DNA from: Alphaproteobacteria bacterium | GTDB taxonomy: Bacteria; Pseudomonadota; Alphaproteobacteria; Bin95 | Direction of reading: 5' to 3' | NCBI GenBank assembly: GCA_022825195.1 | Contig: JAJDYL010000103.1 | Location: 7,874 to 71,873 of the forward strand | DNA: 64,000 nt | Part shown: piece by piece, positions 20,800 to 29,606 of the stretch | How positions within the stretch are numbered: position 1 is the stretch's first letter | How the letters are laid out: every line of letters starts with the position of its first letter | The notes under the pieces: model-generated | The model's input: the letters and a program-made list of their open reading frames with translations, nothing else | Databases searched by the model: none | What the model was told of the DNA's origin: nothing | Made by a program: the position numbers and the translations under genes

Positions 20800-22140
20800 A
20801 TGATACAGCAAGCCATCCGGAATGTTCCACTGACCGGGGCCGACCCGGTGTTTCCGACACCCTACCGCATCGGCGAGGCGGGCGCCGTCGCGATCGCCGC
20901 CTCGGCGCAGGCCGCCGCCGATTTCTGGGAGCTGCGCACCGGCGAGCGCCAGTCGGTCGAGGTGGACCGCCGCCATGCGGCCGCGGCCATGCGGTCGGCC
21001 ACCTACCTGAAGATCGACGGCGTCGCGCCGTCCTCCTTGTGGGACCCGTTCTCGGGCCTTTATCCGACCGGCGACGGGCGGCATGTCTTCCTGCACTGCA
21101 ACTTCCCTCACCACCGCGACGGGATGCTGGCGCTGCTCGGCGCGAAGGCGGAACAGGGTGCGTTTACGCAAGCGGTCGCGGCGCGCGGCGGGCAGGAATT
21201 CGAGGACGCGATAGCTGCCGCCGGCCTCTGCGGCGCGATGACGCGCACGCCGGAGGAATGGGCCGCCCATCCGCACGGCCGGACGGTCGCGGCGCTGCCG
21301 CCCGTGACCATCGAGCGCATCGGCGGCGGGCCGCCCATGCCGCCGCGCGGCGGCGAAAGGCCGCTGGACGGCATTCGCGTGCTGGACCTGACGCGCGTGC
21401 TCGCCGGGCCGACCTGCGGGCGCACGCTGGCCGAGCACGGCGCCGACGTCATGCGGATCGCGGGGCCGCACCTGCCCTTCGCGCCGACGCTCGTGATGGA
21501 CACCGGCCACGGCAAGCTCTCCGCCTTCGTCGATCTGCGAGACGAGCGCGGCCGGGCGCGGCTTCGCGCGCTGGCTTCGCAAGCCGATGTGTTCGTCCAG
21601 AGCTACCGCCCGGGCACGCTGGCCGCGCGCGGCTTCGGCCCCGGCGATATCGGCCCCGGCAAGGTCTATGTCTCGCTCTCGGCCTACGGCCACGAGGGGC
21701 CGTTCGCCATGCGCCGGGGCTTCGACAGCATCCTGCAGAACGTCTCCGGCATGTCCACGGTGCAGGGCAGCCCGGAGGCCCCGCGCAACCTGCCGGTGCA
21801 GCCGCTCGACTATTGCGCCGGCTATCTGGCCGCCTGGGGCGTCGTGACGGCCCTGCTGCGCCGGGCGGAGGAGGGCGGAAGCTGGCATGTGCAGCTCTCG
21901 CTTGCCGGCATGGCGGAATGGATCAAGGGCATGGGCCTCGTGGAAGACTGGCAGGACGCGCCCGCGGAACTGCCGCCGGAGGAGTTGGCGGCGATCACGA
22001 TGGAGAGCGACACGCCGCACGGCCGGCTGACCCATCTGGCTCCCATTGCGCAGATGTCCCGCACGCCGCCGCACTGGGCGCGGCCCGCCGTCCCGCTCGG
22101 CTCCAACGATCCCGTCTGGCCGGAGATGCTCGCCGCATGA
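20800..22140 (+). CDS. CoA-transferase family III (CaiB/BaiF-like), long form
   Basis: …IRVLDLTRVLAGPTCGRTLAEHGADVMRI…; trimmed from ORF 19642..22140 to MIQQAIRN…. Confidence 0.85.
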   Translation: MIQQAIRNVPLTGADPVFPTPYRIGEAGAVAIAASAQAAADFWELRTGERQSVEVDRRHAAAAMRSATYLKIDGVAPSSLWDPFSGLYPTGDGRHVFLHCNFPHHRDGMLALLGAKAEQGAFTQAVAARGGQEFEDAIAAAGLCGAMTRTPEEWAAHPHGRTVAALPPVTIERIGGGPPMPPRGGERPLDGIRVLDLTRVLAGPTCGRTLAEHGADVMRIAGPHLPFAPTLVMDTGHGKLSAFVDLRDERGRARLRALASQADVFVQSYRPGTLAARGFGPGDIGPGKVYVSLSAYGHEGPFAMRRGFDSILQNVSGMSTVQGSPEAPRNLPVQPLDYCAGYLAAWGVVTALLRRAEEGGSWHVQLSLAGMAEWIKGMGLVEDWQDAPAELPPEELAAITMESDTPHGRLTHLAPIAQMSRTPPHWARPAVPLGSNDPVWPEMLAA

Positions 22141-22892
22141 GCCGCCTTGCCCGCGGCCCCGGCGCCGCGATCCACTACGAGACTCACGGAGAGGGCCCGG
22201 CGGTCCTGCTCACCCACGGCTTCGGGCTGACGGCGCGCATGTGGGCGGGCCAGGTCGAGGCGCTGGCGCCGTCCCACCGGCTCATCCTCTGGGACCTGCG
22301 CGGCCACGGCCGCAGCGACTCGCCGGAGGATGGTGCGCTTTACGACCCGGAAGCCTGCGTGGCCGACATGGCGGCGCTGCTCGATGCGGAAGGCGTCGAA
22401 CGGGCGGTCGTCGGCGGGCTCTCGCTCGGCGGCTACCTGTCGCTGGCCTTCCATCTCCGCCACCCGGAGCGGGTGCGGGCGCTGATGCTGTTCGACTGCG
22501 GCCCCGGCTTCCGCCGCGACGAGCCGCGCGAGGCCTGGAACGAGCGGGCGAAGCAGCGGGGCGAACGGATCGCCGCCCGCGAGCCGCGCGTCCTGGAGAG
22601 CCTTGAGCCGGACGGCCACCGCGATCTCGCCGGCGTCGCCCGCGCGGCCTGCAGCATGATGCGCCACCGGGACGGCAGCGTGCTCGAATCGCTGCCCTCG
22701 ATCCGGGCGCTGGCACTGGTGCTGGCAGGCGAGCGCGACACCCCCTTCCTGGCCGGCATCGACTACATGGCCCGGAAGATTCCGGACGCAGAGAAAATCG
22801 TTCTGCCGGACGCCGGCCACACGTCCAATCTCGACAATCCCGCGGCCTTCAACGCCGCGGTTTCCGGATTCCTCGCCCGACTGCCTGCATGA
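22137..22892 (+). CDS. alpha/beta hydrolase
   Basis: HGFG…GLSLGGY nucleophile elbow; ATGA overlap with the upstream gene. Confidence 0.85.
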   Translation: MSRLARGPGAAIHYETHGEGPAVLLTHGFGLTARMWAGQVEALAPSHRLILWDLRGHGRSDSPEDGALYDPEACVADMAALLDAEGVERAVVGGLSLGGYLSLAFHLRHPERVRALMLFDCGPGFRRDEPREAWNERAKQRGERIAAREPRVLESLEPDGHRDLAGVARAACSMMRHRDGSVLESLPSIRALALVLAGERDTPFLAGIDYMARKIPDAEKIVLPDAGHTSNLDNPAAFNAAVSGFLARLPA

Positions 22893-24103
22893 CGGCGCCT
22901 GTCGACAGCTTCTCCCGCGATGCGCGGGTCATCGGCCTCGTGGCCGCCGGGCACACCATGAGCCACATGTTCGTGTTCATGCTGCTGCCGCTTTCGGTGC
23001 GCATGCAGGACGAGCTGGGATTCAGCTATCTGGAGGTCGGCATCCTGGCGGGCGCCTTCTCGGTCGGCGCGGCGGTCTGCCAGACGGGCGTCGGATTCGT
23101 CGTGGACCGCATCGGCGGGCGGGTGCCGCTCATCATGGGCGTGGCCGTGCTCTCGGCGGCCGTCATGGGGTTCGGGCTGGTCTCCTCCTTCTGGGCCATG
23201 CTGCCGCTCGCGGTCATCGGCGGCGTCGCCAACTCCGTCTTCCACCCCGCCGACTACGCCATCCTCTCGGCTTCCGTCGCCGAGCACCGCATGGGGCGCG
23301 CCTTCTCCATCCATGCCGTCAGCGGCAATACCGGCTGGATCCTCGCGCTGCTGGGCCCCGACCTTGCCGATATCGTCGGCCTGAAGAACGTCTTCCTCGT
23401 GGCGGGCGGCATCGGGGTCGTCGTCTCCTTCGCCCTCCTGCTCCAGTCCCGGCATCTGGAAAGCGCCGAGGGCAGGGCAAGGCGGCGCGAGCAGGGCGGC
23501 TCGACCTCGGACGGGATCGCGCTCCTGCTGACGGTGCCGGTCATCCTGCTGTTCCTGTTCCAGATGTTCCATTCCATGTCGCTCGGCGGCATCCGCACCT
23601 TCGGCATCCCGGCGCTCCACGAATTGCGCGGCTTCGAGGACACGGTGCTGGCGAAGGCGCTGATCGCCTACATGGTGGCGGCCTCGGTCGGCAATCTCGC
23701 GGGCGGCTGGCTGGTGGACCGCACCGGGCGGCCGCAACTCGTGTTCTTCGGCGCCATCGGCACGGTCTTCCTCACGGTCAACATCATCGGCGCGGTTCCG
23801 CTGCCGCTCTACGGCATCGTGGCCCTGCTGCTCGTCGCCGGGGTCATGCACGGCGCGATCATGCCGACCCGGGACCTGCTGGTGCGCCGCATCTCGCCGC
23901 CGGGGCAGATGGGCAAGGTGTTCGGCTTCACCTCCACCGGGCTGTCCATCGGCGGCTTCATGGCGCCGGTCCTGTTCGGCTGGGTGATGGACATGGGCGA
24001 CCCGCGCTGGGTGTTCTTCGGCAGTGCGGCCGTCATGCTGCTCGCCGTCGCCACCTTCGTCGAAACCAGCCGCAATGCGGGCAGGGCAAGGGCAACGGCA
24101 TGA
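22889..24103 (+). CDS. MFS transporter
   Basis: 12-TM hydropathy pattern and MFS motifs; 4-nt overlap. Confidence 0.9.
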   Translation: MTAPVDSFSRDARVIGLVAAGHTMSHMFVFMLLPLSVRMQDELGFSYLEVGILAGAFSVGAAVCQTGVGFVVDRIGGRVPLIMGVAVLSAAVMGFGLVSSFWAMLPLAVIGGVANSVFHPADYAILSASVAEHRMGRAFSIHAVSGNTGWILALLGPDLADIVGLKNVFLVAGGIGVVVSFALLLQSRHLESAEGRARRREQGGSTSDGIALLLTVPVILLFLFQMFHSMSLGGIRTFGIPALHELRGFEDTVLAKALIAYMVAASVGNLAGGWLVDRTGRPQLVFFGAIGTVFLTVNIIGAVPLPLYGIVALLLVAGVMHGAIMPTRDLLVRRISPPGQMGKVFGFTSTGLSIGGFMAPVLFGWVMDMGDPRWVFFGSAAVMLLAVATFVETSRNAGRARATA

Positions 24104-24987
24104 AACAGCTTCCGACAGGCGACGAACTTTTCCTCGACCATGTGGGCTATTTCCTCGCCGACCTCGACGGGGCGGCGGCGCGGTTCGAACGGCTGGGCTT
24201 CACCGTGTCGCCCGTCAACATCCACTACAACAGCGCCGGCGGCGAACTCGTGCGGTCGGGCACGGCCAACCGCCTGATCACCTTCGAGGCGGGCTATATC
24301 GAGGCGCTGGGCCAGGTCGCGGACACGCCGCTCGGCGCGGAACTCGCCGCCGGCCTCGCGCGCTATGAGGGGCTGCACCTGCTCGCGCTCGCGCACGGGC
24401 GGGTCGAGGCGCACGATGTGGGCGGCACGGACATGCGCCCGACGGTCTTCCTGCGCCGCCCGCTGGAGGACGGGCGCATCGTGCGCGCGACCGTGCGCCG
24501 GGCGACGGCGGGGGCGATGCCGGAAGGCCGGGTGCAGCTGCTCACCCACGAGACGCCGGAGCTGATCTGGCTGCCGGGCATGGACCGCCACGCCAACGCC
24601 GCCCGCGCGCTTACCGGCTTCCTGCAGACCGTCGCCGACCCCGAAGAGGCGGCGGCGCGCTACGCCCGGTTCGCCAACCGCCCCGCGCGCAGGCTCGGCT
24701 CCGTCTTCGAGATCGCGCTGGACCGGGGCCGCTTTGCGCTTGCCGGGCCGGACGCGCTCGCCGCGCTGTTGCCTGCCGGAGAGCACCCGCCGCCGCCCTT
24801 CGGCGCCGCCGTCGGCATCGAAAGCGCCGACCTCGACCGCACGCGCTTCCTTCTTGCGAACGCCGGCATTACCGTCCACGCGCGGCCGGACCGCCTGCTG
24901 GTCCCGCCGCCGGAGGGACTGGGCGCCTGGATAGACTTCCACCGCCCCGACGCCCCGCCGCTCTGGGCCGCAGGGCCGGATTTGTAA
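24100..24987 (+). CDS. VOC (glyoxalase/bleomycin-resistance/dioxygenase) family protein
   Basis: …LFLDHVGYFLADLDGAAARFERLGF…; 4-nt overlap with the MFS gene. Confidence 0.7.
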   Translation: MKQLPTGDELFLDHVGYFLADLDGAAARFERLGFTVSPVNIHYNSAGGELVRSGTANRLITFEAGYIEALGQVADTPLGAELAAGLARYEGLHLLALAHGRVEAHDVGGTDMRPTVFLRRPLEDGRIVRATVRRATAGAMPEGRVQLLTHETPELIWLPGMDRHANAARALTGFLQTVADPEEAAARYARFANRPARRLGSVFEIALDRGRFALAGPDALAALLPAGEHPPPPFGAAVGIESADLDRTRFLLANAGITVHARPDRLLVPPPEGLGAWIDFHRPDAPPLWAAGPDL

Positions 24988-25130
24988 TACCGGCGGTACG
25001 GGGTTGCGACCCATAGGAGATGGCGCTCCACCGTCGCCCCGGCAGCCTCGGGTATCGGAGATGGGCCCCCGCTTTCGCGGGCGCGACGAAAAGCGGGCGG
25101 TAGTCGGGGGACCGGCGGAAGCGTCAGGAT

Positions 25131-25590
25131 ATGTCATGTTTTGTCATGAGGCCGGTCTGTGCCCGGCCGTTTGCTCCGGGCCGGCAGTCGCTCGCAAAGG
25201 CATTGCGGCTTCCTTTCCGTCCATGGTCCTCGGACGCCCGGTTGCCGGAGGAGCGTTCCCCTCCCGCGCATAATGCGCGCGCGCGTTTCGCGGCGGCGCG
25301 CGTGTGCGCCCGCGCGTGCGGGACGGCGGGGCCGTCCTCTCCATTGTGGATGTCATGAGATGTCATGTTTTGTCATGAGGCCGGTCTCCGTCCCGGCCGC
25401 TTGCGCCGGTCCGGCGGTCGTTCGCAGGGCATCGCGGCCTCCTTGTCGGTCCATGATCCCGGACGCCCGGTTGCCGGAGGCGCGTCCCCCTCCTGCGCAT
25501 AATGCGCGCGCGCGTTCGCGGCGGCGCGCGCGCGCCCGCGTGCGCGAGGCGGCGGGCGGGCCATTCCCCTCGACAAGCTCATGACAGGTT
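25131..25590. repeat. imperfect tandem duplication of a ~229-bp GC-rich structured unit; five forward and one inverted copy of TGTCATG(AG)
   Basis: Unit 1 starts at 25131 and unit 2 at 25360, both with ATGTCATGTTTTGTCATGAGGCCGG. Unit 2 is preceded by a third decamer (25351). The far end at 25578-25586 is CTCATGACA, the inverse of TGTCATGAG. Confidence 0.85.
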
Positions 25591-26085
25591 CTTTTGTCGC
25601 TCCGGCCCCCGAGCCGGGGTCCAGTCTCGGTCCTCGCGGCAGCCCCGGATACCCGGAACAAGTCCGGGCACGGTCCGGGGCAGGCCCCGGCAGTTGAGCC
25701 AGCTCTCCACCGGCTGCGGCATCATCGAGAGCCATGCATGGACCCCGGCTCGGAGGCCGGGGTGACAGTCGGGGGGCATGCGACGCGAAGCCAACGCCGG
25801 AGATGTGTGCATCGGGTAGCGGTTGGGGGCGGGGATCGTTCACGGTCATTCGTGCCTCCTCCCTGGGGACCATGGGCGGGACGGGGTGTCCCTGTTTCGC
25901 GCGTTATCGTGCGCCGGTGCGTGCGTGGGCGCGGGCGGGCGTATCGCGGCGGCGCGGTTCACGCGCGTGATTGCCCGCGCGCACGGGCGCGCGGCGGCAG
26001 GCCGGCCGGAGGGCGCACCCCTCCCGCCTGCTCACGCCGGGGGTTTTGCGGCCCCCAGCCATTGCTTTCTGCAGAAAAGCGGAAC

Positions 26086-26112
26086 GGCGGCCCCGGAAGC
26101 CGCCTTTCTCTC
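26086..26112 (+). terminator. GC hairpin GGCGGC-cccggaa-GCCGCC followed by TTTCTCTC
   Basis: Read directly; the T-rich tail is only moderate. Confidence 0.4.
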
Positions 26113-26332
26113 ATGCCTATTCTACACCATTCCTCGGAAAGTCAAGCCATTTGGGAACAAAAAATGAAAAACCGGACAACTTTCTCACAACCCGTTGAAC
26201 CGGCAGGACAATATCGGTGTTGCCGGATTGGGACCCATGAGGAACAGCGCTCCACCGCCGCCCCGGCCCCGGCCTTTGCGGAGGCAGCGAAGGGGCGGCC
26301 CCGTCATCGGTTCCGGTCGATGCCCGCTGGTA

Positions 26333-26956
26333 TCAGACCTCCTGCGCCTTGAGGCCGCGCTGCACGGCGGGCCGCGCGGTCATGATGTCGAACCAGCGCT
26401 TCACATTGGGGAAGCGGTCGAAGTCGAGGTCGATCCACTCATGGCGGCAGGCCCAGGGATAGACGGCGATATCCGCGATCGAATAGTCGTCGCAGAGGAA
26501 GTCCCGCCCCTCCAGCCGCCGGTCCATGACGCCGTAGAGCCGGTAGGTCTCCTGGGTGTAGCGCTCGATGCCGTAGGGCACCTCCACCTTGGCGGCGCGG
26601 CGGAAATGGTGCGCCTGGCCCTGCATCGGCCCGACGCCGCCCATCTGCCACATCAGCCATTGCAGCACCTCGAGGCGCCGTCGCGGCTCCGTCGGCCAGA
26701 GGGGGCTGCCGGTCTTCTCGGCGAGATAGATCAGGATGGCGCCGCTCTCGAACAGCGAGACCGGCCCGCCGCCGGGGCCGTCGGGGTCGACGATGGCCGG
26801 GATGCGGTTGTTGGGGCTGATCTTCAGGAAGTCGGGATGGAACTGCTCGTCCTTGCCGATATTGACCGGGTGCCACTGGTATTCCAGCCCCAGCTCCTCC
26901 AGCATGATCGAAATCTTGCGCCCGTTGGACGTGTTCCAGCTATGGAGATGAATCAT
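26333..26956 (-). CDS. glutathione S-transferase, YfcG/Nu-class-like
   Basis: Close to E. coli YfcG throughout (…ISPNNRIPAIVDP…SLFESGAILIYLAEKTG…IERY…ETYRLY…). Confidence 0.9.
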   Translation of the reverse strand: MIHLHSWNTSNGRKISIMLEELGLEYQWHPVNIGKDEQFHPDFLKISPNNRIPAIVDPDGPGGGPVSLFESGAILIYLAEKTGSPLWPTEPRRRLEVLQWLMWQMGGVGPMQGQAHHFRRAAKVEVPYGIERYTQETYRLYGVMDRRLEGRDFLCDDYSIADIAVYPWACRHEWIDLDFDRFPNVKRWFDIMTARPAVQRGLKAQEV

Positions 26957-27382
26957 TCGGGCCGCTTCCTTGGGCTTTATGTGTATTGCGGCGTGGCCGT
27001 CGCGGGGCTCCCGCCCGGACGCCCTTCAGCCGCACGGCTGGCAGGCGCTTCAACCTTTGATTGAGCGGATCGACTTCGATCCCCACGGACTCCAGCGCGG
27101 TAACGCCCAACAGGGGCTCCGCGTCCGGCGCTCCGTAGAGCACGGTTCCGCCGACCGTTTCGCCCATGAACTCGATTTCCGCAACGGTTACGTCCATGGT
27201 GATTTCGCTGCCATCCGCCACTTCGTAAACGCGCTTACCCCTTGGCTTCAGCCCGATAGCGTCCAAATGGGGCCGGGGCACCAGCGAATCCGTTGCGCCG
27301 GTATCCACCAGGAACAGGGCTTCCCAACACCGCTCCGGGTCCGCCGGGTTGCGAACGGCTACCGTCACATGCGTTGCGCCCA
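26940..27382 (-). CDS. clan AA (retropepsin-like) aspartic protease, small free-standing
   Basis: FLVDTGAT catalytic motif; trimmed from the 509-aa ORF to MGATHVTVAV… with a GGAGG RBS; 17-nt overlap with the gst start. Confidence 0.65.
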
Positions 27383-27424
27383 TGAGCCTCCAGCCTCCCT
27401 TGCCCGCGGTTCCACTCGCGGACC

Positions 27425-28531
27425 TTACCCGCCCGCCGGGCCGTTGGCGAGCAGGGCGTCGATGCGCCCCGGCGCCATGCCGGTGGCGCGGACGGAGGCA
27501 GTGATCGAGTCCCAGGCACCATCCGCAAGCGGCAGCCCGTTGGCGCGGCGCTCGGCGGCGGTGATCCGCTCCGGGTCGCCCGGCACCAGCACCGGCGCGT
27601 CCGGGTCGGCGGGCGCGGCGGAGAGCAGCCACTCGACATAGTCCTCGACCGCGCGCGCAAACGCCTCGCCCGGTCCGAAGGCGTCCGGGACCGCGTAGAG
27701 CGAGAACATGCCGTTGGCGAAGGGCCGGTCGGTCGGCCCGCAGACACCGTTGCCGGTGAGCGCGCCGCCCAGCAGCTCGCACATCAGCGCCAGGCCGGAG
27801 CCCTTGTGCTCGCCCATGGCGCGGATGGCGCCCTTGCCGTCGCGGAACTGCGGCGGCGCGTCCGGGCCGGCGGTGCCGTAGAGCGCGGCGGGGTCGTTCG
27901 TCCGCTGTCCCTCGCCGTCGATCAGTGCATCGCCGGGCACCGGCTTGCCGCCCTTGGCCGCGACCAGCACCTTGCCTTCCGCGACCACGGAGGTCGCGAA
28001 ATCCAGCACCAGCGGCTCGCGGTCCTTGCGGGGCACGGCGACGCAGAAGGGCGCGGTCGAGAACCGCCGCTCGCGCGCGCCATAGGGGGCGACCAGCACG
28101 CTGCCGCGCGCATTGACGAAATGGACCGAGACCAGCCCTTCTTCGGCCGCCACCCCGGCCCATTCGCCGATACGGCCGAGATGGCCGGTATTGCGCAGCG
28201 CCACCACGCCGACGCCGCCAGCGCGGGCCTTCCCGATGCCGCAGCGCACCGCCTGCGGCCCGATGGTCTGGCCGAAGCCGAGCCGCCCGTCGAGCACCGC
28301 CATCGCGCCCGTGTCCGACACGACCTCCACTTCGCGGTCGGCCACCACCCGCCCGTCGCGCAGCATGTCCAGATAGCGCGGCACGCGCACGATGCCGTGG
28401 CTGTCGTGGCCGGCGAGGTTGGCCGACACCAGCGAGGCGGCGATGCGCGCGCCCTCGGCGTCGGAGCAACCCGCCGCAGCGAAGGCTTCGCCGATCAGGG
28501 ATTCGGCGGTTTCGACCGGTATGCGGGGCAC
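27425..28531 (-). CDS. Ldh family oxidoreductase (malate/L-lactate dehydrogenase family 2; pyrroline/piperideine-2-carboxylate reductase-like)
   Basis: …SANLAGHDSHGI…; start trimmed to a GTG (VPRIPVETAESL…) with GAGGAG 5 nt upstream. Confidence 0.8.
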   Translation of the reverse strand: MPRIPVETAESLIGEAFAAAGCSDAEGARIAASLVSANLAGHDSHGIVRVPRYLDMLRDGRVVADREVEVVSDTGAMAVLDGRLGFGQTIGPQAVRCGIGKARAGGVGVVALRNTGHLGRIGEWAGVAAEEGLVSVHFVNARGSVLVAPYGARERRFSTAPFCVAVPRKDREPLVLDFATSVVAEGKVLVAAKGGKPVPGDALIDGEGQRTNDPAALYGTAGPDAPPQFRDGKGAIRAMGEHKGSGLALMCELLGGALTGNGVCGPTDRPFANGMFSLYAVPDAFGPGEAFARAVEDYVEWLLSAAPADPDAPVLVPGDPERITAAERRANGLPLADGAWDSITASVRATGMAPGRIDALLANGPAGG

Positions 28532-28541
28532 CGGGTTCTCC

Positions 28542-29576
28542 TCAGAGTGTCGGGAACAGCACTCCGAAGACGATACCGGAGAGGACCGCGCCGGCAAATC
28601 CGAGTCCGACATAGGCCGCAAAGACAGGACGCCGCACCAGCGCATAGACGGCCGTCATGGCCGGGATGCAGCTCACCGCGCCCGCCACCATGAAGGCCAT
28701 GCCGGCGCCGTTGGTCATGCCCTGCCCGATGAGGCCCGCGACCAGCGCCGGGGCGGCATAGCCGTTGAGATAGGCGGGCGCGCCCACCAGCGCCGCGATG
28801 ACGATCGGCAGCAGGCCCTCGCCGCCGACCGCGCCCGCAATCGCCTCGGCCGGCAGCCAGGCCAGCATCAGGCTCTCCAGCAGGTAGGCCAGCGTCAGCC
28901 ATTTGAGCAGGAAGAGCCCGTTCTCCCGCGCCTCCGCGCCGAACAGCCGCCGGCGCTTCGCATCGCCCCAGAAGCGCCATTGCGGCGCGCCGCCGAAAGC
29001 CGATGGCGCGCCGCAGCAACCGCCCGACTCACGCGGCTTCACCGGGTTGGCGAAGAAGCCGGCACGGACGGCGGCCTGCACGGCAAACCCGCCCATCAGC
29101 CCGACGCCGACGGCGGCGACGGTCTTGCCGACGGCGAACGGCCAGCCGAGCGCGCCGGCGGTGATGAGGAAGGCCGCCGGGTCGATCAGCGGCGAGGACA
29201 GCCAGAACGCCATCACCGCCGAGACCGGCGTGCCGAGCGCGAGCAGCGCGGCGATGAACGGGATCACCTCGCAGGAGCAGAAGGGCGCCAGGCCCCCGAC
29301 CAGCGCCGCCAGCACGATCATCCGCGTCTCGCGCCCGACGAATGCGCGCGCCACCAGCGTATCGGCCCCCGTCGCCTTCAGCACCGCCACCGCCAGCACC
29401 GCGAAGGCGATGAAGGGCAGGGTGTGCAGGAGCGCATCCAGGGTGAAGGAGACGGACGGGCGGAACTGCGCCGGGTCGAGCAGCGCCACCGCGGCCAGGA
29501 TGACGAGCACGGCCAGCCAGACGCGGCCGACGTTCGGCAGGTCCAGGCGTCTCAGGGTCGCGGCGAGGGCGGCCAT
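28542..29576 (-). CDS. DUF318/ArsP-like permease
   Basis: Multi-TM protein with the conserved …APFCSCEVIPF… (TPFcSC-type) motif. Confidence 0.75.
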   Translation of the reverse strand: MAALAATLRRLDLPNVGRVWLAVLVILAAVALLDPAQFRPSVSFTLDALLHTLPFIAFAVLAVAVLKATGADTLVARAFVGRETRMIVLAALVGGLAPFCSCEVIPFIAALLALGTPVSAVMAFWLSSPLIDPAAFLITAGALGWPFAVGKTVAAVGVGLMGGFAVQAAVRAGFFANPVKPRESGGCCGAPSAFGGAPQWRFWGDAKRRRLFGAEARENGLFLLKWLTLAYLLESLMLAWLPAEAIAGAVGGEGLLPIVIAALVGAPAYLNGYAAPALVAGLIGQGMTNGAGMAFMVAGAVSCIPAMTAVYALVRRPVFAAYVGLGFAGAVLSGIVFGVLFPTL

Positions 29577-29606
29577 CAGCGCTGGCCTCTATTTCTATAT
29601 TTCTAA
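29577..29606. promoter_or_regulatory. AT-rich spacer with inverted repeat ATATTTC-N10-GAAATAT between arsR and the permease
   Basis: Read directly from ctATTTCTATATTTCtaactaaatcGAAATATgc. Confidence 0.45.

Noticed and set aside
25341-25352. DnaA-box-like ATCCACA (minus strand of ccattgtggatg) inside the repeat island, which would suggest an origin.
   Set aside because: A single 7-mer core match. Chance expectation in 1.3 kb on two strands is not negligible, and there are no further boxes or an AT-rich DUE adjacent.
25131-25590. CRISPR array?
   Set aside because: Only two long (~229-bp) units with internal structure; no short regular repeat-spacer periodicity and no cas genes.
25131-25661. 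Small ORFs generated by the tandem repeat (MSCFVMRPV… on the plus strand twice; MTSHDIH…/MFRVSG…MTKHDIS on the minus strand).
   Set aside because: The two repeat copies differ by 1-2-nt indels that would shift frame after 9 codons, and there is no RBS. The 'ATG's are part of the TGTCATG motif.
25594-26352. 252-aa ORF, and the internal 62-aa ATG-started ORF from 26163, in the non-coding island.
   Set aside because: Low-complexity product, no Shine-Dalgarno, and the 3' end runs convergently into the gst gene.
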